64,000 nucleotides of DNA from an uncultured Erysipelotrichaceae bacterium (GTDB taxonomy: Bacteria; Bacillota_I; Bacilli_A; RF39; UBA660): NCBI GenBank assembly GCA_948439995.1, contig CAOJNP010000001.1:394-64393 (forward strand), given 5' to 3'. This document shows positions 1 to 9,436 of the stretch, piece by piece. Positions within the stretch are counted from its first letter, which is position 1; each line of letters opens with the position of its first letter. The notes below the pieces were generated by a model. That model saw nothing but the letters and a program-made list of their open reading frames with translations, was not told where the DNA came from and searched no databases. The position numbers and the translations under genes were made by a program.

Positions 1-1
1 A

Positions 2-283
2 ATGAATTTATATTTAGATGAAAAGAAAAAAGATATTTTTAAGGTAGTGGGTGCAAATGTTAGATACTATCGACAATTATATAATTTAAATCATCCAAGA
101 GAAATGATTTCACAAGCAAAACTGGCAGAAATCATAGGTGTTTCCACTGGATTAATTGGAGCTATAGAAGCTGAACGATTACAAGGTGTAAGCGTTCCTG
201 TTTTATGGAATATTAGTCAAGTACTTGGAGTTCCAATTGATAAATTTTTTGAAGAACAAAAAATACCTGTAGAAATTAATTAA
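2..283 (+). CDS. XRE-family helix-turn-helix transcriptional regulator (possibly 5'-partial)
   Basis: 93-aa ORF with HTH motif QAKLAEIIGVSTGLIGAIE typical of Cro/C1 regulators; a hairpin plus T-run follows the stop. Confidence 0.5.
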   Translation: MNLYLDEKKKDIFKVVGANVRYYRQLYNLNHPREMISQAKLAEIIGVSTGLIGAIEAERLQGVSVPVLWNISQVLGVPIDKFFEEQKIPVEIN

Positions 284-318
284 AAAAAGAATTTCAAAAA
301 ATGAGAGTTCTTTTTTTA
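284..318 (+). terminator. Rho-independent terminator-like hairpin after the HTH gene
   Basis: AAGAATTTC..GAGAGTTCTT imperfect inverted repeat followed by TTTTTTT; near-identical element recurs at 1921-1954. Confidence 0.4.
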
Positions 319-532
319 TATGGAACTATTAACTGAAACATAATATGTAGATTTCTACTTGCTTTTTTTCCATTAAATAGATATAATTTAGTTTATGGTT
401 CTTCTTTGCTAAAGAGAATAATCGATTCAAACTTAAAACAGTTTATCAAACTTTTTTTCAAAATTGGTTTCAATTTAACCAAAATTATATTTGCAATCAG
501 AAATTAAAAATTATTTGAAATTGGGAGAAGTT

Positions 533-1834
533 ATGAAAAAAATAGTTACAAATATTAAAGAAAAAATTTATTGGAAAGAAAGTGAGATTGTTACAGAACA
601 ATATGATATTACTTGGGAATGGAATATTGTAAGGGCTTATCCAAACATTAAAATGCAAAAATGGCTTGGTATGGGTGGGGCATTAACAGAAGCTAGTTGT
701 TATAATATATTTAAATTACCAGAAGCTAAGCAAAAAGATTTAATTCAAGCTTATTATGGAAAAGATACTTTGGATTATAATTTGGGAAGAGTGTCGATCG
801 GGAGTAACGATTTTTGTTTAAGCGCTTATGAATTAACACGGAAAAGTGATTTAAGCGATTTTTCTATTGAAAGAGATAAAAAATATATTATTCCGATTAT
901 TAAAGAAATTCAAAAAGTAAAAAATCTTACTTTTGTGGCAAGTCCTTGGAGTCCTCCTTCATTTATGAAAGATAATGGTAATTTATTTGAAGGAGGAAAG
1001 TTAAAAAAAGAATATTATAAAACTTATGCAAAATATTTAAAAAATTTTATTCAAGAATATCATAAAGAGGGAATACCTATTACTTATTTAACTATTCAAA
1101 ATGAACCAAATGCATCTCAAAAATGGGAGTCTTGTGTTTATTCTTTAAAAGAACAAAAGAAATTGATAAAAGAATATATATTATTAGAAATGAATGATTT
1201 AGATATCAATATATTGCTATGGGATCATAATAAAGAAAACCTTTTTGATGTTGTTAATGAGCTTTTCTTTAAACATAAAAAAATTACTGGTGTTGCCTTT
1301 CATGATTATCAAGGGCAACACAATACAAATATGGAATTATTACATTCTTATTATCCTGATCTTTTATTATTTCATACTGAAGGATGTTGTGGTTTTTCAA
1401 GGTATGATGAAATAGAATGGATTAATGAGGCAGAAATATATTTAATTAATTTGATAAGCGATATAAATCATGGTTTAAACGGATATATCGATTGGAATAT
1501 TTTTCTTGATTTTTATGGTGGTCCAAATCATAAAGATAATTATTGTAAAAGTCCAATTATTTTGAATGAAGAAGAAGATAATTTTATTTTATCACCAATT
1601 TATTATTATTTAGGTCATATTTCAAAGTATATTAAACCAGGAGATTATATTATACCAATTGATATTTATCGTATGGATTTACTAGGAGTAGCAGCAGTTC
1701 ATGATAAACAAGTTGTAATTACATTAATAAATATTACCAACGTTAAAATAGATGTTAATATTGTAGTGTATCAACAAAAAATTCATGATTATATAGCAGC
1801 ACATTCTATTGTCACTTATTTAATAGATATTTAA
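533..1834 (+). CDS. Glycoside hydrolase family 30 (glucosylceramidase-like) protein
   Basis: GMGGALTEAS, RVSIGSNDF and TIQNEPN motifs typical of GH30. ATG at 533 follows GGGAGAAG; the ORF track start at 491 is TTG. No signal peptide seen. Confidence 0.6.
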   Translation: MKKIVTNIKEKIYWKESEIVTEQYDITWEWNIVRAYPNIKMQKWLGMGGALTEASCYNIFKLPEAKQKDLIQAYYGKDTLDYNLGRVSIGSNDFCLSAYELTRKSDLSDFSIERDKKYIIPIIKEIQKVKNLTFVASPWSPPSFMKDNGNLFEGGKLKKEYYKTYAKYLKNFIQEYHKEGIPITYLTIQNEPNASQKWESCVYSLKEQKKLIKEYILLEMNDLDINILLWDHNKENLFDVVNELFFKHKKITGVAFHDYQGQHNTNMELLHSYYPDLLLFHTEGCCGFSRYDEIEWINEAEIYLINLISDINHGLNGYIDWNIFLDFYGGPNHKDNYCKSPIILNEEEDNFILSPIYYYLGHISKYIKPGDYIIPIDIYRMDLLGVAAVHDKQVVITLINITNVKIDVNIVVYQQKIHDYIAAHSIVTYLIDI

Positions 1835-1885
1835 GATTTTTTTAAAATAAATCTTATTTCGAATTTATACTATTTTATCTTATCA

Positions 1886-1954
1886 AAAACCACATTTTGA
1901 AATGTGGTTCATAAATTTAAAAAAAGAATTTTCAAAAATGAGAATTCTTTTTTA
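1886..1954. terminator. Two hairpins between convergent GH30 gene and gpmI
   Basis: AACCACAT/ATGTGGTT 8-bp stem (1888-1909) then AGAATT/AATTCT stem (1925-1948) flanked by A-run and T-run; second overlaps gpmI stop. Confidence 0.45.
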
Positions 1955-3454
1955 TTCTTCAAATAAAGTTCCTGTTTCTTTCATTTCTTTTGGAATCGCA
2001 ATATCCATATATTCTAAAATAGTGGGTGCAACCATTGTTAAATCTCCAATTTCTTTTAATTGAACTTTTTCATCAGTAATAAGAAAAGGAACCAAAGCAG
2101 TTGTATGAGTTGTAATAGGATCATTTTTTCCATTTACCATATAATCTGCATTTCCATGATCTGCCAGCAAAATAATTTTATAAAAATTTTCCTCAGCTTT
2201 TTCGATTAGTTTTCCAAGACACAGATCTAACGCAACAATTGCGTTGACTGTTGCTTCTAAATTTCCAGTATGCCCAACCATATCAGCGTTCGCATAGTTT
2301 ACTAAAATAAAATCGATATCTTTTTCCATACAATTAATTACTTTTTTAGTTACTTCTACTGCACTCATTTCTGGTTTCATATCATACGTAGCTACTCTTG
2401 GAGATGGAACCAAATATTTACTTGCGCCATCAATCGCTCCACTATATTCTCCATCAAAAAAGTATGTAACATGAGCGTATTTTTCAGTTTCTGCAATTCT
2501 TGCTTGAGTAAGTCCAAGATTTGACAAATAGATTCCTAAAGGATTTTCTACACAGTTTTCTTTTAAAAAATAAGTAGCTTTAATGGATTTATCAATTGGT
2601 ACAAAAGTATAAAGATTTGGAAATATATCATAAGTCATTATTTCTTCTAAATCTTTATTGGTAAAGCATTTTAATATTTGTTTTGCTCGATCCGTTCGAT
2701 AGTTCATCCAAAGAAGTACATCATCATTTTTAATTAATCCTTCTGATGAAATTAAAATTGGTTCTAAAAATTCATCAGTTATTTCTTTTTCATAAAGTAC
2801 TTCAATCGTATTTTCAATATTAATCGTTGATATTCCAATTCCCTTTGTTACCAAATCATAATACTTTTGTGTTCTTTCCCATTTATTATCACGGTCCATT
2901 GCATAATATCTCCCACAAATGGTTGCAATTTTTCCTACTCCATATTTCTCGATTAATTTTTGAATTTTACGAATAAATTGATTCGATGTTTTCGGATTGG
3001 TATCTCTACCATCTGTGATAATATGAAAATAAATTTCTTCTACCCCAGCTGCAACTAATTTTTGATAAACTGTTATAATATGGTTAATATCAGAATGAAC
3101 TTTTCCATCACTAAAAAGTCCCATAATATGTACTCTTTTTTCTTCTTTTAAAATTTGTTCTAACATTTTTAAGAATGCTGGATCTGAATTCATTTTATCA
3201 TGAATATATTCTTTCATTTGATCGATTGGTTGTTTTATTTTTCTTCCTGCTCCAATGGTTAAATGTCCTACTTCACTATTTCCGAATTGACCTTTTTCAA
3301 GTCCTACATATTCTTCTGATGCATACAAAAGAGAATGGGGATATTTTCTCCACAACATTTCAAAATTTTGAGGTTCCGCTAATTTAATTGCATTTCCGCG
3401 TTTTTCTTCCCGATAACCAAACCCATCTAAAATGATTGTTAAGATTTTCTTCAT
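1952..3454 (-). CDS. gpmI: 2,3-bisphosphoglycerate-independent phosphoglycerate mutase
   Basis: Full-length iPGM similarity (ILDGFG, metal-binding DHG/GHTG motifs); start set at ATG 3454 preceded by AAGGTG. Confidence 0.85.
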   Translation of the reverse strand: MKKILTIILDGFGYREEKRGNAIKLAEPQNFEMLWRKYPHSLLYASEEYVGLEKGQFGNSEVGHLTIGAGRKIKQPIDQMKEYIHDKMNSDPAFLKMLEQILKEEKRVHIMGLFSDGKVHSDINHIITVYQKLVAAGVEEIYFHIITDGRDTNPKTSNQFIRKIQKLIEKYGVGKIATICGRYYAMDRDNKWERTQKYYDLVTKGIGISTINIENTIEVLYEKEITDEFLEPILISSEGLIKNDDVLLWMNYRTDRAKQILKCFTNKDLEEIMTYDIFPNLYTFVPIDKSIKATYFLKENCVENPLGIYLSNLGLTQARIAETEKYAHVTYFFDGEYSGAIDGASKYLVPSPRVATYDMKPEMSAVEVTKKVINCMEKDIDFILVNYANADMVGHTGNLEATVNAIVALDLCLGKLIEKAEENFYKIILLADHGNADYMVNGKNDPITTHTTALVPFLITDEKVQLKEIGDLTMVAPTILEYMDIAIPKEMKETGTLFEE

Positions 3455-3512
3455 CTCTTTTTCACCTTGTTTTATTTTACCACGATTTACCATATTATAT
3501 GAAAAAATTAAT

Positions 3513-4481
3513 TTAGTTTATTTTTTTTGCATGAATCACAGTACGTTTGGTTGTTCCTCCGTTTCCATTACACGTTGAGAGCGTAAGTATTTTATCTTTT
3601 GTAGATAGTGTAGTATTAAAATTACGAATACTTCTTTTTTTTATTGTATTGATAAACTCTTGAAATTCTTTGTCTTCTACAAATGAAGTTGTAATATAAT
3701 ATTCTTCTTTTTCAATGACATAATAAGAAAATATTTCATATTTATGACTCTCTTCTTTTAAATCTATTATTTCTATTATTTTATGTTCTTCTTTATCAAA
3801 AAAATCTTTTTCAAAAATATTAACGAGTGAACCAAACATGGAATCATCTACCGCATTATGACCAAATATCACGACGTTTTGATCTTCTAAACTTTTGTTT
3901 CGATGATCAAGAAATAAAGTACCTAAAGAATTTTTATTCTTTTGAAAGGAATGATCTAAATAAAAATTATTATTATTTGTTTGCACAAGTGGATTATTTA
4001 CTTTATTATCATTAAATCGAATCCAACCTTTTGTATCTGAATTCATATTTAATAATTTATCAAAATCGACAGTTAATTTTTCTTTTAATTCTTGATCTTC
4101 TTCATTTGCAGAAAGTTCTGTATTTAAAACATCATCAATTAATTTTTCATTAAAATGATTATTACTTTCTAAATCAATGTAAAAGTGCATTAATTTATAA
4201 GTTGATACTACAAAAACTATAATGAAAAAAACCTTTAATAACATATTTTTTTTCCATTTCAATTTTTTATTATTTTTTCTCTTTTGAATTTCATTGACTG
4301 TATTTTTATTATTATTTTTTATCTCTTCATTCAAATTATTTTTTTTGTCAGTATCTTTTCTAATCTTCTGTTTTATTATAATTTTTGAATAATTTTGATT
4401 TCTACTTTCTATTTGTTTTTTCTTTTTCTGATTATTATTTTTAGTAATGTTATTTTGTTTCTTTTCTTGTTCTTTTTTCAT
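3513..4481 (-). CDS. srtB: Class B sortase with long lysine-rich N-terminal region
   Basis: N-terminal TM, HN..D.MF region and C-terminal KILTLSTC....TKRTV matching the SrtB catalytic Cys/Arg signature. Confidence 0.7.
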   Translation of the reverse strand: MKKEQEKKQNNITKNNNQKKKKQIESRNQNYSKIIIKQKIRKDTDKKNNLNEEIKNNNKNTVNEIQKRKNNKKLKWKKNMLLKVFFIIVFVVSTYKLMHFYIDLESNNHFNEKLIDDVLNTELSANEEDQELKEKLTVDFDKLLNMNSDTKGWIRFNDNKVNNPLVQTNNNNFYLDHSFQKNKNSLGTLFLDHRNKSLEDQNVVIFGHNAVDDSMFGSLVNIFEKDFFDKEEHKIIEIIDLKEESHKYEIFSYYVIEKEEYYITTSFVEDKEFQEFINTIKKRSIRNFNTTLSTKDKILTLSTCNGNGGTTKRTVIHAKKIN

Positions 4482-4570
4482 CGTATTTAAATCTCCTTTT
4501 TCTATTGTATAGCCATTTTATAGAATAGTAAATTTAAAATAAAAAAGACTATCTTTCTGATAGCCAATTT

Positions 4571-6310
4571 TTATGCATTTTTCTTTTTTATGATATAGTA
4601 AGAAATTCCTATGAAAGAACCAATGGCTAAAAAACTATAAGCAGTTACATTGATATTTGATGTTTGAGCATTATTGGTTTTATTTTTTGGATTATTTGTT
4701 ATTTGGTAATCATCGTTTCCTACAATAACATAAGTAGAGAAATGATCCAATTCAATTTCTAATTGTCCATCATAGTCTGCTTTATCTAGTTTTAAATTTT
4801 CTTTTATTACTTCCATTTTTTCCGTTTCAGGATTGTAATATAGTAAAGTGAATTTTGTATTTTCTAAATAGGCAGTTACTGCATCATTTAATTTTTCATA
4901 AAATGCATTTTCACATGACTGCCATGCTTCATATTCTTTTCCCGTTCCGTTCCATGAAACGTTATATTCTCCGCATGTATATTCTTCTTCATACATTTTA
5001 TCAAAAAATGTTCCATAAATATAATTATAAATGTTGATATTCATTTTATAAGGAGCTGGTAATGATCCATGATATGCAAAATCAATATAAATCGCATTCT
5101 GTAATTCTACTAATTCATCAATTTTATCTTTGTTTATTGATGTTTCCATTGAGATATTATGATCATAAGTAAAGCCTTTATTTACTGTACTAATAATTTC
5201 TTTTCCGTTTAAAAGATAATCAGAAGAAAGCCCGTTTTGATCTTTATAAAAATAAACGGTAAGATCTTTTCCTTTTAAATTGTTAATCATTTCAGATAAA
5301 TCATCTTTATCACTTAATTGATAGGAAAAATTATATTCTATTTCTTTCTCATTATGATAATGTTTGCTTTTTTCTGGAATAATATTTTTATATTTTTCGG
5401 TATCTTTTAGAATTTCTGCTAATCCTTCAGCATTTGGATGAACAAGTTCTTTTATACCAATTCCATATCCATTCTTATTAAAATCAACGGCTTGAATAGT
5501 CCAATCAATGGTAATATTTTCTTTTCCTTCTGCACTTAACGTATAAGAACCTTTTCCTAAATCTTTGGCATGTGTAATTACTTCTACTCCAGTTGGTTCA
5601 CTCTCAAAATGATATGCTTTCCACCAAGTGTTAGGTTCTGATAAATACATATTACTTTGTAATTCTTTTATTTTTTTCTCTTTTTCTTCTGGACTGTAAT
5701 AATTAGATGAGCTAATATAATCGATTGATTCTTGAAATCCTTGATTATAGAATTCCCACCAAGTTGGTTTGGTTTTAAATTTTTCTTTCAATTTTGGGAA
5801 TCCATTTTCACACCAGTCTTTATCATCTGACTCTAGATTTTCACAATATTCTTTTGGATATCCAGCTTTATAAAATTCTTCTAATGATAAACCTTCGAAC
5901 CATTTTACAAATTTTTCATAATGTTCTTTTTCTTTTTTGTATTCATATGGTTTTAATTCTACTGATAAGATTTTTTCATCGATGTTGGTAACTCTCATAT
6001 TTTTGGCATTAAATACTAAATTTTTTGTATAACTATCATCACTAAAATTTAAATGATCATAATTAAGACTAGTATCTCCACATCCGCCTATCAATTCTTC
6101 AATAATATATTTTTGTGAATAATTCTGCCAATTTACAATGCCAGTAGCACCATTTGGTCCCATGCTACAACCTCCATTAAAATAGTAACTAGGAGTTAGT
6201 GGCTCTTTTTGAAATAAATTTTCCCAATAATCATTTTGGGCATTAACTGTTGTACTTCCTAATAAAAGTACCGTTGCAACTGTCATGAAGTAATAACAAA
6301 TTTTTTTCAT
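4571..6310 (-). CDS. Secreted surface protein with C-terminal sorting-signal-like tail (putative sortase substrate)
   Basis: Signal peptide MKKICYYFMTVATVLLLGSTTVNAQ; C-terminus NPKNKTNNAQTS...hydrophobic segment...KKKNA. Start at ATG 6310 after GAGGGA. Confidence 0.5.
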   Translation of the reverse strand: MKKICYYFMTVATVLLLGSTTVNAQNDYWENLFQKEPLTPSYYFNGGCSMGPNGATGIVNWQNYSQKYIIEELIGGCGDTSLNYDHLNFSDDSYTKNLVFNAKNMRVTNIDEKILSVELKPYEYKKEKEHYEKFVKWFEGLSLEEFYKAGYPKEYCENLESDDKDWCENGFPKLKEKFKTKPTWWEFYNQGFQESIDYISSSNYYSPEEKEKKIKELQSNMYLSEPNTWWKAYHFESEPTGVEVITHAKDLGKGSYTLSAEGKENITIDWTIQAVDFNKNGYGIGIKELVHPNAEGLAEILKDTEKYKNIIPEKSKHYHNEKEIEYNFSYQLSDKDDLSEMINNLKGKDLTVYFYKDQNGLSSDYLLNGKEIISTVNKGFTYDHNISMETSINKDKIDELVELQNAIYIDFAYHGSLPAPYKMNINIYNYIYGTFFDKMYEEEYTCGEYNVSWNGTGKEYEAWQSCENAFYEKLNDAVTAYLENTKFTLLYYNPETEKMEVIKENLKLDKADYDGQLEIELDHFSTYVIVGNDDYQITNNPKNKTNNAQTSNINVTAYSFLAIGSFIGISYYIIKKKNA

Positions 6311-6398
6311 ATATTCCCTCTCTTTTAATTGAGTATAAATCAATATGAAAAAAAATTTCAGTTTTTAGTGTTAAGAATGGATATAATTTTATTATTTT

Positions 6399-7613
6399 TT
6401 AATAAAGAATATAAGTAATTTTTGCAAAACCATTTCCTGTGTTTCCTGTCATATTACCAGTTCCATCATGATTTGGCATAGAAAGATTCCCCGATATCAT
6501 TTTGGTATCATGAAATACATATCCAGAGTAATGATTTGGTTGTCCTGTATGAACTATTTTAGAAGAGGTTGAATTTTCTGCTATGGCATTACATCCTGGA
6601 TACCCTGAGATAAAGGAAGAACCTCCTCCACCTCCTGACCATGAACTGCCAGGATGAACTCCATGACCACCACCATAGTAACCTCCTCCACCTCCAGATG
6701 AGGTATAGGTATTATCTTTTATATTTTTTCCATATCCTCCAGCACCAAATGTTCCAGTCATAGAAGCTTGTTTTGGATCATACGTTGATCTCGCAGTTCC
6801 TGGACCGCCTCCAGCAGTTTGACTAGCTCCATAACCACTATAATTGGTATTGTTATAAAGGTTATCATAGGTAACTGCTATTTTACTATTAATTCCAGTT
6901 AGTCCTCCACCATCACCTCTAGTTACTACTGAAGTATTTGTTTTGAAAGAACCGCCGCCTCCTCCTGCTGCAACCATAATTCTGGATTTTAAAGATTCAA
7001 AATTATTCCAATTACCATTAACTAAACGAACATCAGTTGCACCACCACCAAATGCTTCGCCAGGTCCACTGCCATTAAATTGAATCCAATTCGAAGTTCC
7101 AACATAAAAGTATAAATGTGTATCTTTTATTAAATTAATATAACCTCTAACATAAGCTCCTCTTCCAAATGAATTTTGTAAAATTTTTCCATCTGATCTT
7201 ACATGACCAGATGCACCCCATAGTTCTAACAGATAAAGTCCATCATAAGGTACAATAAATTCTTGCTCGCTTGCTACATGATTAAAGCTATATACAATCT
7301 TTCCATCTACTAAACTTGAATTTTTTCGAAATAAAACATTACATTTTGTTCTCGTTTTGGTTAAGTTTTGAATTATAGGTGCCCAATCTTCATAATTCCA
7401 AGTTCCAGTCGCATCATTATTACAAGTTATATCTATAATATAATCTTTTTCTTCTGGAATTGTTTCACTGATTTTTCTATTACCATTTTCATCTTCCGTT
7501 TGAAATGTCAGCATTAAATCATAGTTTTGATTCGGAATTTGACCTTTAATTATGTCAAATTCTAGTTTTTCTTCAAAAAAGGCAAAGCTTCGATATACAA
7601 TGATCATTGCCAA
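6399..7613 (-). CDS. Glycine-rich domain protein
   Basis: Multiple poly-Gly tracts (GGGGGS, GGGGGYYGGGHG) and LELWGASG motif reminiscent of glycine-rich (ALK-like GR) domains; no clear signal peptide. Confidence 0.4.
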   Translation of the reverse strand: MAMIIVYRSFAFFEEKLEFDIIKGQIPNQNYDLMLTFQTEDENGNRKISETIPEEKDYIIDITCNNDATGTWNYEDWAPIIQNLTKTRTKCNVLFRKNSSLVDGKIVYSFNHVASEQEFIVPYDGLYLLELWGASGHVRSDGKILQNSFGRGAYVRGYINLIKDTHLYFYVGTSNWIQFNGSGPGEAFGGGATDVRLVNGNWNNFESLKSRIMVAAGGGGGSFKTNTSVVTRGDGGGLTGINSKIAVTYDNLYNNTNYSGYGASQTAGGGPGTARSTYDPKQASMTGTFGAGGYGKNIKDNTYTSSGGGGGYYGGGHGVHPGSSWSGGGGGSSFISGYPGCNAIAENSTSSKIVHTGQPNHYSGYVFHDTKMISGNLSMPNHDGTGNMTGNTGNGFAKITYILY

Positions 7614-7817
7614 AAATAAACAAGTATTATACTTCCTATCAAGAATACTTTCTTTTTTTTATTATCCTGTTTCCATTTCTCTAATTTCATAAGATTACCT
7701 CTTAATTATTATGATCTAGATTGTTATAAAATATTTACTTACTAGATTTCATTAGAATTATAACACACATTTCTTTTCTTTTTCTATTTTTTTCTTTTTA
7801 TTTCTAAGTTTTAGAAC

Positions 7818-7842
7818 ATTAAAAAAGAGCATTTTGCTCTTA
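7818..7842 (-). terminator. Rho-independent terminator of spo0A
   Basis: AAGAGC/GCTCTT stem overlapping the spo0A stop codon, followed on the minus strand by TTTTTT. Confidence 0.5.
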
Positions 7843-8610
7843 TGACATAATTAAATTTTGATCTATTCTTAATCGATCTGCTAATGTTGCAATAAATTCT
7901 GAATTTGTAGGTTTGGCACGATCATAATCAACACTATGACCGAATATTTCTTCCATTAACTCGTAGTCTCCTCTAGACCAACTAACTTCGATTGCATGTC
8001 GAATCGCTCTTTCAACACGAGATGCAGTTGTATCAAAACGCATTGCTATTTCAGGATAAATCTCTTTTGTAATTCCGCCGATCATTTCTTTTGAAGTATA
8101 CATCATATAAATGCTTTCTCTTATATATTGATAGCCTTTAATATGAGATGGTACACCAAGTGAATGCAATAATTTGCTAATTGCCATTTGAATATTATTT
8201 TCTTCTTTAGCATTTGCTTCTTTTGTTTCTTCTAAATTGACAACTTCTAAAATGCGTTTTTCTAACGATTCTAAACTAAACGGTTTTAACATGTAATAAT
8301 CTACATTATATTTACTAGCCATTTTAACAGAGTATTCTTTTTTAATGCTTGATAATATAATTACATGTTTATCAATATTTTGATTTTTCATTTCTTCTAG
8401 AATTTCAATTCCGTCTTTTTCTGAAATTAATAAATCCATTAAAATTAAATCATAATCATTTTGATGGTCTTTGATTTGCTCTAACGCTAATTTTCCATCT
8501 GTTGCTTCATATGCAAGGTCTATTACTGCGTGTTCCTTGAAATATTCTTTTACTTTTCTTATTAGATTTGCGTTATCATCTACCATAAGAACTTTAATAT
8601 TTGTTTTCAT
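7840..8610 (-). CDS. spo0A: Sporulation master response regulator Spo0A
   Basis: REC domain plus characteristic Spo0A C-terminal domain (HIKGYQYIRESI, TTASRVERAIRHAIEVSWSRG, KPTNSEFIATLADRLR); start at ATG 8610 preceded by AAGGAGA. Confidence 0.9.
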   Translation of the reverse strand: MKTNIKVLMVDDNANLIRKVKEYFKEHAVIDLAYEATDGKLALEQIKDHQNDYDLILMDLLISEKDGIEILEEMKNQNIDKHVIILSSIKKEYSVKMASKYNVDYYMLKPFSLESLEKRILEVVNLEETKEANAKEENNIQMAISKLLHSLGVPSHIKGYQYIRESIYMMYTSKEMIGGITKEIYPEIAMRFDTTASRVERAIRHAIEVSWSRGDYELMEEIFGHSVDYDRAKPTNSEFIATLADRLRIDQNLIMS

Positions 8611-8701
8611 ACCTGTCTCCTTCATTGTATTATTTACTGCACGCAAATTCATTATATAAAACCTGTAGACAAAATACTAGAATATTTTTTGACTCATTAC
8701 G

Positions 8702-9436
8702 TCAACTTTTGTAAATGCTTGTCGAACTTTGAAACATTTCTAAAACTTTACACATTTTTTCAACATTGAGAGACAATTTTCCCAACAAAAAACCATCAAT
8801 TTCTGCTAAATTTTTTATGTCTTCTGGAGTTACACCTCCTCCATATAAAACTAAATTATTTAAGAAATTATGTTCGTAATACCATTGTTTGATTCTTTCA
8901 ATAATAGGTAAAATTTCTTCTATTTTAAGAGGTATATTTTTTCCTACTCTCCAAATCGGTTCATAAGCAATGATAATATTTTTCTTTTTATTTTCTGGTA
9001 TATCTTTTAATAAATAATCTAATTTATCTAGGATAACTTCTTCTGTCTTTCCTAATTGATATTCCATTAAGTTCTCACCAATTGGAATTATTACTTTTAA
9101 ATCTTGTTTTAGAGCATTTTGAATTTTCTTTTTTAGAATTTCTTCATTTTCTAAAAAATAAATTTCTCTTTCATGATGTCCAACAATGATATATTCTACT
9201 CCTAAGCTTTTTAAACACTCAGCACTTACTTCGCCTGTAAAGCTTCCTCTTTCTTCTTCACTCACATTTTGTGCACCAAGTATATATTTTTTAGAATACA
9301 TAATTGGAATATAGGGAAATTGAGGACATATTACCAAATTGGCTTTTTCCTGAATATAGTTTTCCATCGTTTTTTTATATCGAAGCATTTCATTTAACGT
9401 TCCATTTTCTTTTAAGTTACAAATCAAGAGTTTCAA
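8702..9436 (-). CDS. tpiA: Triosephosphate isomerase
   Basis: TIM family similarity (IIVGHHERE, AYEPIWRVG, YGGGV motifs); overlaps pgk end. Confidence 0.85.
   Translation of the reverse strand: MKLLICNLKENGTLNEMLRYKKTMENYIQEKANLVICPQFPYIPIMYSKKYILGAQNVSEEERGSFTGEVSAECLKSLGVEYIIVGHHEREIYFLENEEILKKKIQNALKQDLKVIIPIGENLMEYQLGKTEEVILDKLDYLLKDIPENKKKNIIIAYEPIWRVGKNIPLKIEEILPIIERIKQWYYEHNFLNNLVLYGGGVTPEDIKNLAEIDGFLLGKLSLNVEKMCKVLEMFQSSTSIYKS

Noticed and set aside
3455-3493. ORF-track N-terminal extensions (gpmI 3493, spo0A 8652, pgk 10637, clpP 13755, ychF 33685, rpsR 27936, rlmH 22485, csp 56210, prfB 43807)
   Set aside because: Extensions begin at alternative start codons, some inside the Shine-Dalgarno sequence; an in-frame ATG with proper RBS spacing lies downstream and matches homologue N-termini
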